From Lophium mytilinum (lineage: Eukaryota), in assembly GCA_010093605.1 (NCBI GenBank), contig MU004193.1, positions 124,001 through 188,000 on the forward strand: 64,000 bases of DNA. Direction: 5' to 3'. Shown piece by piece: positions 11,259-23,243 of this stretch; within the stretch, counting starts at the first letter, position 1, and every line of letters begins with the position of its first letter. The notes beneath the pieces were generated by a model. The model did not search any database. It had not been told where the DNA came from and saw nothing but the letters and a program-made list of their open reading frames with translations. Position numbers and translations under genes: made by a program.

Positions 11259-12109
11259 TGCAACGAAGTTGCTGGTGTAGCACTAGTTACTGATAGCGAG
11301 AGTCGTGTGATGATGTGAGATGGCGGAGGAAAAAAGGACGGCGGTGGAAGGAGAGGTTGCGACCTTGAGGTTGAGTGCAAGTGCCAAGCCGAGCCGACGG
11401 TGGTGAATGCGCGGGATCACAATGTGTGCTGGGCAGGAGCAAGGCGGCACCCTGCAGCAGTTCAACACTGTCTGAGGTGGCCTAGGAAGCTGTCAGGTTT
11501 GCCAAAGCTGGTATTTCAGTAACAGCAATAGCCTACTGGAGGGCCTCGAGCGCTCCTAAACTAGGGTACGCAAGAATAGCGGGTGTACCTCACGGATTTT
11601 GGTGCGTCCCTCACTTTTGCCGATCGAAAGAGGATGCACGTTCGACGTTTCCAAGACTAGGGAAGTCGTGGAGCACCTTAGGCAGCAGTGAACGGGAATA
11701 TGCATATAAGAAGACTTAGATGTCGTCGTCTGATGACGCACCACGTCAGGTGAAATAACGCGAAGTTCTACCTACAATTGCACTCTCGAGGCAAACTTAC
11801 AAACAATGTTGCTCCAAGATTTCGTAGCAATCGGTTGATTTCTATATGCTGTATGCAACTGATTCCCCCCATCGGGATTTTTCTAAATGCTGTTCGTAAG
11901 TCTGGCCAATCAGCGCTCAGCTCCATAGAATGCCCGTGTTGACGATGAAAATGCCAGCGCGCAATCTCTGATTGGTCATGCTTTTCCTGAATGCTGCTGG
12001 CAAAGACTGGTGTCGGTTCATTGCGAGTGCCAGCGCGCAAGCTCTGTTGGTTGATGTGAACCAATTGCATCCACCCGAACGAGCCTATAGCCATCTCCTC
12101 CTTCCCGGG

Positions 12110-12807
12110 ACTGACTGGAACTCCTCCGTTATGGGTAGGCAATATTGCACTAATCTACTCTTCTTTCAGCCTGCTCCGGGTTCAGCCACTTCTCTTCATC
12201 TATCTTAAAATTGATGATATTCTTATCCTTCTTTATAGCCTGTTAAATTAGCTTGTTTCTAAGAGGTTACCGACTACGGGGCTTAAGAGTTGTGACTATT
12301 AAAAGCTCTACTTTGGCAGCTTCAGCGACAATCTGCCAGGCGCTCCTTTACCCTCTCTGGGTACTTCTTCATGATCTAGATATACAGCAATACTCTCAGT
12401 ATCCTTCCGCGTGAGGTCTCTATTTCTGCCTCGAGTTTCAATAGTATTGTGCGTGGTTTAGTATTGTGTTAATGCGACAATCCGCTGCTAAGAGCGCTCG
12501 GCGATGATGGTTGCTTTTTGTATAGTAGCTGGAGGAATAGCCCTGCCTATTAATTGGCCAAAGACGTTGGCGTAGAGAACGCCGGTGCCAGCATCGTGGT
12601 GCTATTCAGGAGGTGGAGAGAAGTGTTTTGCCCGCAACTTTCGGGATACAGGCTTCTTGATAACTCGGGCCATCGTTGGCAGTTGGAAAGGGGTGAAGTT
12701 GGGTACGAATTGGTGGAGTTGTGAGTGTTGCTTTGATCCAGGGGCATTGTTTTGATGGGGTGCGCACGGTGCCTGATATCGACACCTTTTTCGGCGCCGA
12801 AGGCACC
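12110..12807 (-). mobile_element. Truncated, degenerate Tc1/mariner-like transposase N-terminal remnant
   Basis: From ATG 12673: MARVIKK...TTHNTIETRGRNRDLTRKDTESIAVYLD...W QIVAEAAKVEL...DKNIINFKIDEEKWLNPEQAERRVD*, with several TAG/TAA stops and a frameshift. GRxR motif and an AT-enriched, RIP-like stretch. Family assignment is from recall only. Confidence 0.5.
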
Positions 12808-14533
12808 TACAGATTCCAGTCAATGGTCATAGGAGGGCCGTAAATGGTCTCGATTACAGCTTCTCGCCAGATTCCCCATTTCATATCGAAAAATTCCAAG
12901 TCGAAATTGTCACGGTTTTTATAATCTTGCCGCCGTCCTTGATACGGATCCGATGGCCTACCATCATCATAATCAAGATCAGTGCCATCCATCATAATCT
13001 CGTGAATTTCCCGATACTTGGTTGAAAGAACCGAAACCCGTGAAAACTTAGGGCTTGCTAGGGCCGCACAGAATGTGGGTAATGGCTGGCTCCATATAAA
13101 TGCATATGTGAAAATGATCTTGATATGCAAGTCGAAGCGGCCATGATTTTGAATGTTTGAGATGAGGAGCAGCCATTGTCCATAATCAGCTTCTTCAGGA
13201 GAATCGTAGCCGTCTATAAGGAGAAACCGCATATGGCATAGGTGATGCGGTGGAATCTTAGTAAAAGCTTCCCATATACGTTTCACGGATCGGGCGCTGA
13301 TGTAAAATTTATAGCGGCTGTGAAACGTTTCGACAGCGAGGTCGGATATATGACGACTGATGGTGAACAGTGCAGCCGCGTTGCGGTTGCAAACACAAGT
13401 ACTTGAATACTGCACAAGTTTCCCTCTATTGCAGATACATTTGCAGCACGGCATGGATGTGTTGCACGCCCAACAGCATCCATTTGGCATGGCTTCAGTC
13501 ATACCGAAGCCAGCCAGTCGTATGCCGCGGGCGTCTGTGCTGATATTATGGAATTTCTCGACGCCGTTTGTGAATACTAGGCCGGTGTGCGATAGAACCC
13601 TCAGTTGGACCTCTACTGGCAACTTCAAGAAAGGAAAACTGGCGTCGGAAACCCGTTTGTTCGTGTGTATTGTAGGAGAGGTTCTTGTCAGATTTTCCAC
13701 GGTGGATTTCAAGAGCCTCCACATTTCTTCTTTGGAGCTCTCCGGAAAATTGCGATGGTTTCCAAGTTTCAGCCGTAAATTACGGACCCTTTGTAACCGC
13801 TGAAGGGAAGCTGATACGACCTTGGCGGTACGCAAATCTTTAACGTAGCACTCGACGCCGAGGTCGAGTTGGAAAGGCGTGCAACGCATGCTCAACAACG
13901 CGCATGCATCTTGCCACATTCTCTCACACCGACGAAAGTAGTCGCAGTGTTTCCCAGATATACTCGAGATAGCCACTCTTGAATGCATGACAAAAACGTG
14001 CAGGAATCTGATGGCAGCAAGGGTTCGATGGCTGAGTTGCGAGAAATGCCGCAAGCCCCACGGGTCGTGTGAAGCCAAAGCGAAGGTGTTCTCGCCACAG
14101 AGTATATCCGTGTCCTCATCGTGGAATTTGCGACAGCTGTGAAGGATGGATACTGGCAAATGTCCATGCCGGCATCCATAAGGCATAGTTTTGTCGCCGC
14201 TCCGAAGGACTTTCGAAATCTCAGAGCCGCCCCAGCCCTTTTTAAAAGTCCCATCCCATTTCTTTTCAATCCGGTTACGCTCCGCATGGAATAACTCGTT
14301 AGCATTCCACCTCAAACAACTATCATGGAGAACCATGGGTCTCGCGAGAAGGGTGCGGATGATCTCTTTTTCCCAACTACTACTAGTTCTACGGCTCTGT
14401 TCGTGCGTAAAACTAATCAGCTACAACCGCACTAGCCCAGCTTCCCGAAAGATCTTGCTCGAAGCTGAGGCGGAAGTCCATACAAGGAGGCTGGTCGTTC
14501 GTGTAGAGTCTCGTGGTTCATCGTGGGAGCCAT
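12807..14533 (-). pseudogene. Disrupted gene with two F-box-like (DUF7730/2EXR-type) repeats
   Basis: ATG 14533 gives SLYGLPPQLRA, then a 1-nt frameshift near 14455 (KIFREAGLVR) and an in-frame TAG at 14421-14423, continuing into ORF 12807-14336 (ILCGENTF; FPFLKLPVEVQLRVL; Cys-rich segment). Confidence 0.65.
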
Positions 14534-14632
14534 CTTTCTACTGCTGGAGTAGATGAGCGTCCAGAAGGACAGAGGGTCGTGATAAATGCTGGCAAGAGCG
14601 CCAGCCTCCGACCAAGGTGGTGGTGTAAGGTA

Positions 14633-16788
14633 GAAGTGGCCACGGGCTCGTGCACGCTACCACCTCGTGCACGGTTCTCTTACCCCTCACCGCCCTTTCT
14701 CTTAAGCTTTAAACCTCTATAACTTTATTAATTTTAATCTAAATAGCTTTAAAAGAGGCTGTAATATAAGCTGCATTTATAGAGCTTAATTTATACCCGG
14801 AAAGAAAGTTTATAGATATTGCGGCGCATTATAGAATCTACTATAGTACTCTCTCTAAACGCTATAGAGAGAAGACTAGAAGTAAGGCTAAGGAATATAA
14901 TTCTTAAAAGCTACTAACTTCTAGCTTAACTATAGCTCTTATTATATATATTAATAACCTCTTAGAAAAGGGGCCTACCTTTTATATATTAAATACTTTA
15001 AAATCTAGCCTAGAAAGTAGCTAGAAAAATACTAGGAATTAACTAGACTTTATATTTTATTAATTAGAATTCTAAGTAGCTTAAATTAAAATACCTTCTT
15101 TCTATTAATAAATTATAAAAAAGGGCTAATTCTACCCTCTACTATAGCCTCTACTTTAAGCTATTAGGCCGGAAGATAAAGTAATATAATATTAAGCTAG
15201 AATATAGCTATAATATAGATAAAAAGGGATTTCTTATTAGGTAGATAAAAAAAGCTTAAAGAATCTTTAGTAAGCTAGTATTACTTAAAGAATCTTTAGT
15301 AAGCTAGTATTTAAGTTAGAAAGAATATAGAATATTATATAGAATAGAAATAGAGAGTAGATTACTATAGTAGTAGCTATTTATACTAATAAAATAGTAC
15401 TTTCTCTAATACTAATTTATTAAGCTATAATAAATAATATTTAAGATATATAGCTTTAAGATTTTAAGCCTAATAAATAGTACTATTTCTTTACCTCTAT
15501 ACTAAGCGGCTAGACTAATAATAAGCTAGGCCTTATTTAGTTAAAGCTCTTTAATTACTAGATAAAAGAGAAGGCTAGAAGAAATTAAAGGCTATTAATA
15601 ATTAATAGCTATAGTTTATATATTAATATAAAGTTTATTAACTTTTATAATAAGAATAAAATTCTTCTAGTAATATACCCCCTCTATTTAACTTACTAGC
15701 TTTAGCCTTTAGATATCTCTTTCTTCTTCTCTCTTACTATTTACTATAGTAATAAATTAGCTTAATTTATAATAAATTATAAAGGTTTCTTATACTTTAT
15801 AAAGTATAACTTCTTTAGAACCTTTTAGGTAGTATAGAAGAAGACTATAATACTAAAGAATATTACTAGTAGATAAAAGAGAACTAGTATATATCTATAG
15901 AAGCTAGCTATAGTATTAGATTAATTTTAAGTAAAAAAAAATAAAGATAAAGATAGGCTATTATCTAGTAACTTAACTTAGTTAGCCCTTTTAGTAGGTA
16001 ATTAGAAGTTAATTAAAATATACCTAAAATAGGTAGTAAACGCTATATTTAAATTCTTAGCTAGAAGAAAAGTAAGAGCTCTTACTAAAGATATTTACTA
16101 GCTTATAGCTACTAATATTCTTCTTTAAAGCTATATTAGGGGCTATTAAGAAGCCTTTAAAATAAAATAAAGAAAGAGAATATAGTAGAAGAACCTCTTT
16201 TAAATCTTAGTATCTAATAATAGAGGAAGAGCTATAGTCTATTTACCTAATAAGATATAGTAGGCATATAAGCTTTACTAAGAAAAGAAGGACTCTAAGG
16301 CTTATAATATAGCTACTAAGATAGAGAATAAGAGTATAGCTTAATTAAAGCGCTCTACTAAAATTACTAGGTAAAAGATTACTAAGAATACTAAGAATTT
16401 TAATATATACTAGATATAGAAAGATAAGAATTAATATAGAGCGGCTAAGTAGCTTAAAGATAATAATAAAGTAATAAAGAAAAAGAAGAAGATAAAGTAG
16501 ATTATATTTACTATTTCTAAGAAGCCTATAGTTAAGGAGAATATTAAGGTAGAAGAGGGGGTATTAAAATTATTATCTAGCCGGCCTTAAAGAATTTAAT
16601 ACCCGCCTAAAAGATATAAGAACTCTATAATTATTATAGAATAAAAGAGTAACCTTAAAAGGTTCTTCTTTTTAATTCCTAATTAGTTCCTGTAAAAATT
16701 TAGTAAATGTATAATATTTTAAAGTTTATAATGCGTGCTCGAAGAACCGTGCACAAGCTGGTAGCGTGCACGAGCCCGTGGCCACTTC
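14633..16788 (+). mobile_element. Full-length RIP-inactivated pogo/Fot1 (Tc1/mariner superfamily) DNA transposon
   Basis: 46-bp TIRs at 14633-14678 and 16743-16788 (2 mismatches); TA TSD at 14631-32 and 16789-90. Very AT/TpA-rich interior with relics of DDE_1 motifs: YNIDKKGF, SG*TNN, RLLIINSYSLY, YPLYLTY*L*PLD. Confidence 0.95.
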
Positions 16789-18619
16789 TAGGTGAACAGC
16801 AGGAAGAAGCGAAGCTACTCTCCCGCCTTAGGTTGTGGCGGTCTCTAGCGTAAGATTGTGGCGGGAAGCTGCTTAGTAGGTAGGTTATTGCGGTGTAGTG
16901 CCAGGTGTGCGGTGTTGTGGTATTGCGGCATCTCATAGGTAGGCACGTAGGTAAGTTAAAGCTCCTAAGGTGGCCAAAGCTAGAAGGCTTGGCAGGCTTA
17001 AATAAATTAGTGCGTACCACCCGCTCCTGAGCCAATCTGACATCTCCGCTAGAAGTCCGATAGAATCCACCCTCCAACGCTCTTGAGTCTAGGGGATCGA
17101 CTAGCGTGCCAAAAGCGTGGCTCCTCAGTCTACAGAAAGAACACGGACATATATTCTAACGTAGCTCATCTAGAAGCGAGAAGCGAGCATTAGTATGTGG
17201 ACGGTTATAAATTGCGAATCTCCACGATACAGTTGGACTCATGAGCTCGTGCTTGTTTCTAGAGTTCTCCCAAGCGACCGGCGCCTGCCCCTGTGGAATT
17301 CTCGATATCTGGTTGATTTTCGGATGACCTGCACGTGATCTACAGATTCACCGAAGAAACGATTCTCTACATAGATCTAGTGCATATAAGGCCTGCACGG
17401 GCCACTCGTACGTCTATATAGGCTACCTAGATTCCTACATAGTATCGACATTTATTGTTCTCAAAATCTCTTACATCACGTGATCGAAACGTCCCGCCCG
17501 TATTTAGGCCGCTGTCATGCCCGTTCTACTAGCCACCAACATAGCCATGAGATATAGATTGTGTCCTTGGTTATTGCACAATTAGAACTTGGGTATTTGA
17601 GATAGTAAGCAGCATTTCAAATGCATCGTAGTCCTCAGGCTAACACCATCCATCGAAGCCCCCTTTGGATCTTGAAACGCACTCATGCAAAAAATACTAT
17701 TGAGGACTGGGCTCTTAGCATACCTCGCAAACTCCACCCCGCTGCGTTTGAGAAGAGGCATAATGCAACTTTGAAGAGTGCCACATGTTGAGAAATGGAG
17801 ATCCACAGACATGTGCGAAGAACGCCAGATTGCGGGATTCCAACGCGATCAAGGTGAGGCTGCTCATCCTCAATATCGAGTGCCAAAAGCGGGGACCCGA
17901 GATCTTGGCTGGGCCGTGATCCAAGATACGGCCCAACTTCCCCTCGCCATACGATCAAGAAAGCAGCGTGCTGCAATGGAAAAAAATCGAGGGTAGTGCG
18001 GGGCCTTTTGCATATCTCAAGCCAATTGATGAGAGTAGGTTCATGCATGGCTGTCTCAAAGATCTCAGCCTGATGAACGAGGGCTTAGTCCGACCGAATA
18101 GAGTTCAGCCTCGCGGCTCTGAAAAGGCCAGACCCTGCAAATACATCCAATAAAATCGAGAGACGTTCATCAGCCTAAATTTCTTTTTTCAATCGTCGAT
18201 AAGCTGAAGCCAGAATCTGCAACAGTGTCGGGGAGCCTTGCATGTTTGGAGTCAGATGCGCGCGGGAAGACCTCAGCCTCGTGGATCTGAACGCAGCCTC
18301 GCCCGTACCCGGTTAGAACGAATGCAAATATTGAGACATGGAACACCTTCTGCAGCTCGCAACCGATGTTATCGACCTGCAGTCCTGCAGAGCTTCTGCG
18401 CATTCGCTTCTTCTGAGTCCCAACCCTGCCCTCACAGATGATATCATCATTGAACCTACACAGAAGCTAGCCAGTCTAGACGGGCCACCCCAGAGCCGCA
18501 AAAGCTCGACTTGATTACTAGAAACGATGAGTCTTCAGAATGTCAGATTCCATTCAGTCCTCGCTAGTAGCCATCATTACGCTTCAATTGCTTTACGGTC
18601 CGGCGCCGTTTACATTTAG

Positions 18620-21600
18620 ATGACTACAATGGCTGGCTTAGACGATCCATTCGTCGATGATCAAAGCCATGTAGCACACCTTCCCTTGGAAAAGCACACG
18701 GACAAGGGATCCCGAGCCGAAGGTTTCGAACCGCGTGAAAATGGAAGAGCTTTGCCAAATAACGACCATGAAAGCCGCCTCAACGCTTCCCACTGCCTCC
18801 GCGAAAAACTCTCGAAAATCCTAGAGGCTCATCCAATTGGGTTAAATCCAGAAGGTGTCTACCTCCCAGAGGATGAAATTGACAAACTTTTCAACGAAGA
18901 CGCGATCCAGAGTGTGCATGACGGCGGGCTGGACTCCCGACTGGCCGAATATATGGCGGACCATGCGAAGAGGACATTTGCAACATTGTTGCAGGTCTTT
19001 CCCGACTGTAAAGCTCGTCAGCAAGCTATGGAAGCTCTCAAAGCAAACAACTTCACCGATAACGAGTTGCCGTCTCTTGAACTTACGTTGTGTTATTGTT
19101 ATTGCCGCCCACGCCGTGATCGCACTTGCAAACACTATTTTCCAAGCGACAAACCTTGGGATACTGACTACTTGAAGGACTTCAAACTCAAACGATGGCG
19201 TTTCCTTGTGCCCAAGTTTGAAACCAACATTTTTCTTTACGAGTTCGACAAAAATCGACTGCTACCTTTCACAGAAAAGGTGCCCGGTGGAGAGATATCT
19301 AGCGGCCATTTTAGCGACGTCGCGATTGTAGAGATGTTGGCTAGCAAGCAAGACAAAGACAACATTTCAGAAAAGACAATCAAGGTGGTGTTGAAAACCC
19401 TCAAAAGAATCGGCGACCCCGGATACATTATCGAGACAGAATGGCGGCGCGAGGCAAAAGCGCACAAGCAAATGAACGGAAGCAGCGACAACATCATCCA
19501 AGCATATGCCGCAATCCGACAAATTGCATCACAACCGCAGAACGATGCATTCCATCTTGTGCTGGAGTGGGCCGATGGCGGAAACCTTCATGATTTTTGG
19601 TCCGAAAATCCCCTTGCTCAACTCGATCACCTGCATGTCGAGGAAAGCCGCCAACGCGTCAAGGAAGTACTGGAACAGCTTTGGGGATTATCACAAGCTC
19701 TGGAGCGAATGCATACTACCAGCGTTCAACGAACGCCTGGGAATAGCAGACGCGGCTCGGCAACATCTTCTCCAGTACGCTCGCCGGAGAGAGATGAACG
19801 TAGGAGAGGAGACAGTCTTGACGCTAGCGTAGCGTATTCAGATCATTTTTCCCTGCCTACATTCAACCTAGAAGCCACAGATGACGTAAGGCCGGATGAA
19901 GCAGTGCTTAAAGTTTCGGTTTCTGCTCCCGACTCGGCAAGCCCGGAGGTAGCTAGTTCTTCAACATTGACGCGAAGACGGACCGGTTTCACTGCAGAGA
20001 ATTGGCGTCACGGCGATATCAAACCAGAAAATATATTGCGTTTCAAAAATGGCAATTATCTAGGTGTTTTGAAGATCGCCGATTTAGGAAGAGCGCAGCA
20101 GCATTTGTTTGTGACGAAGATGAGGGAGACTAAGGAGAAGGAGTTGTGGACCACAAAATGGTATGAACCACCAGATCTCGAGGAGAAAAATCACAAGCAG
20201 GCTCAAGAGAAAATTTCACGCTTGTTCGACATCTGGTCTATGGGTTGCGTTATCTTCGAAGCTGCACTGTGGATGCTGTATGGCTATGAATCTTTCGGCG
20301 CTTTCGTGCGGGCGAACAAACTGTCTGCAGGAGAGCTAGGTGCGACACCATACTGGAAAAAAGGACAGCGAGGCGACTACGAACTAAGCGGTGCGGCCAC
20401 CAAGTGGATGAACTATATTTTGGAGCACGATCCTGAACGCAATGGCGCTATCGGTCACCTCGTCAAGTTAGTGAGAGACAGACTGCTCCAGATCCGCCTG
20501 CCTCTAGACTCGGATACCTACACGCCGGGGTTCCGTACAAATGCAAAAGACCTGAGGGAGCAGCTTCGTATGATCATCGTAGAGACCGAGAAAAGCGAAG
20601 AGTACTGTTTCAGCGGTGCTGATCGAACAAATGTGTCTCATCCGGACCCAGATGAGCTAAGCACAAACACATCGGCACAATCTGCAGGTCGTTCATCTTT
20701 GTCGCCTAACGATGCAGGGAAGAGGAGCGCGCCCGTGAGCCAAGGGCGAGGAACCGCAATAGCCATGCAGCGCGATTACTCTAACCGCATGGAAGATAAA
20801 TGGAAGACCCCCGCCGATAATGACTTCGTGGAGGCAAACTTAGCCAGCCGGCATTTCGTCGCTAGCGAGCCTGGTTTGTGTGAAATGTGCAAAAAAATCA
20901 ACATTTTGTCACCGCGTATCTCTTTTGATACGAGTGAGTTGGAGAAAAACTCAGATAATGAAGATTGTGATCTATGCGAGTTGGTCTGGAGCGCATCCAA
21001 GGATCTAGACCTCACGAGCCATAGCCGCATTTTATTGATACGATTAGCAAGCGATTTTGTCTTCGAAGGCACCAAAACAAAGAAAGTCTTACGGCTATGC
21101 CGTATGACAAGCGGTAAGCATGGAGAGTGCATCATGATGCTCAATCTAACAAGAACGATAGGGACTGTGCAGGACGCAACAATCCCGATAAGTGCACCAA
21201 GTATAGGATCTCCAAGAACTACTTTTGACATCGAATTGCCAAAAGCATGGCTAAAAGAGTGTGACCTCAAGCACGGCGGTACTTGCGCTCCTAGGCAAAG
21301 TAATCAGGTGCTACCTAGAAGGCTCATCAATGTCGAAAACCGGAAGAAGCCAAAGATCATAGATACAGCAGAGCTAGCATTAGTTCCAGAGAAGACCGAA
21401 TATGTTGCACTCTCCCACAAGTGGGGCCACATGCCTGAGAAGGCCGTAACAACGACAAAGAACATTGTTCAACGCAAGGAAAAGATCCTAATAAAAGAGC
21501 TCCCAGCTAGCTTTCTAGATGCGATTGAATTCACGTATGCCCTCAATTGCACCTATCTTTGGATCGATTCTCTCTGCATCTTACAAGGCCCGGATGGCGA

Positions 21601-22743
21601 TTTCAGTGAGCAAGCAGACACGATGCAAACGACCTTCAGCAATGCGTACTGCGTTTTAGCCGCTTGCAGTGCTGAGAGTGCCACGGATGGCTTTCTGAAA
21701 GATCGCGAGCCACGATGCGTCAAATTTGGCGATGTCTTCGTTTCTGCAGTCACTGATGATTTTGAGCGGGACGTCCTCCACAGTCCTCTCAACAGCCGCG
21801 GGTGGGTCTTACAGGAGCGAGCACTCGCGCGTCGAACCATCTTCTTCACAAAAACCCAAATGTATTGGGAATGCAGTGACGGCATCCGCTGCGAAACCCT
21901 GACAAAACTCAAGAAGTAAGAGACGAAATCTTTTAACAATGCGAGCATAACTAACACCCATTGCGTAGCGATAAAGCTGCGTTCCTCGGTGATTCAAACT
22001 TCCCCGATTACACGATTGGACCGCAGAGTTCCGTAGGGGAGCAGATCGCTCTTATCATCGACTTGTTCCAGCGATACACTAGACTAGAGTTTTCGCATCC
22101 GGAAGACCGACCTATCGCCATCGATGGACTCATGGACAGGCTCAATGTCGCATTCAAGACGAAAAGTCTCGCAGGGCTTTTCGAGACATTCTGGGGTCGC
22201 TGTCTACTCTGGCGGAAGGCTGACGGCGCAGTACCGATGAAGAAGATTCTGGGTGGAACACACACTCGTAAAATTCCCCCGACCTGGTCGTGGATGGCCT
22301 TTGAGGGCGAAATCTCTTTCATCGAGCCTGGAGGCGGGAAAATCGATTGGAACCGCGCTGATATCATCCTGCCTGATATCATCCTGCCATCCACCACTCG
22401 CGCCCCAGTTTCGTGGCTCAGAACGAGTCATCGAGGTGATGTTGTGGCGATCCGGGCCAAGGCGTTTAAGTTTGAAGACGCCGGAGACACTGTAGATGCT
22501 ACCGATCGCCAGGAGTTCTACGATGGCGGCAAGGAACTTCCGAGAGCCTTGACGAAATGTGTGGTCATCGGCAGCGAGAAGCCGCATGTCAGCAACACTG
22601 ACAGGAGAATGCACTATGTAATGATTGTTAGGGCGATCTCAAATGCTCCTAACGCGGCGTCTTACGAGCGTGTTGGTGTTGGATATATGTTGGGGAAGTT
22701 CATTGGCCTAAGTCGTTCCCCTCTTGATGTGACGATTGAGTAG
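18620..22743 (+). CDS. Protein kinase-HET domain fusion protein (TOL-like HET)
   Basis: Kinase motifs SSGHFSDV, VVLK, REA, LEWADGGNL, HGDIKPENIL, KIADLG, DIWSMGC. HET motifs LPRRLINV, YVALSHKWG, YLWIDSLCILQ, PLNSRGWVLQER. Introns 21114-21161 and 21916-21968; C-terminal PTWSWMA and YERVGVG. Confidence 0.92.
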
Positions 22744-23243
22744 TTTTAGGGTGATGGCGGTATGTAGTTCAATGGCACCTGTCAGAGTTTCCCCGCCTAT
22801 CTGCTATCTGCATGCGCTAGAATACTCAGGTCATTCTACAACTACCACTCTCCACAGTTTCGAAGAGCGGCGCGCAATACCCAAGCGTCATCCTACACGC
22901 CGATGCTCGGTGTCGCTATGGCTGAAGACTAGCAAGATGTGCACAGCTTAGTACTCAGACGCGCCGAACGTGCAACACCAGAGCTAGGAAGAGCTGCTGG
23001 CAATATTGAGGTACGAGATCCAAAGATGAGTTCTAATGTAAGAACCAAAAATATATTCTTATGTTACAGAATGGTCGGCATGTTTGCCCGAATACTTAAG
23101 ATGTGTTTCCAACCACGCGACTCTATAATGTTTCTAACTCAAGATATCGATCTGCAAGGAAATTCGTAAAAGTCCGCGCTTGAACGTACGGGATGTCTAA
23201 ATTAGAGCAACAGAAGATATTAGGATAACACTCGCAACGATCA

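Noticed and set aside
17580..18580. Short minus-strand ORFs upstream of the kinase-HET gene
   Set aside because: No recognisable motif or consistent exon chain.
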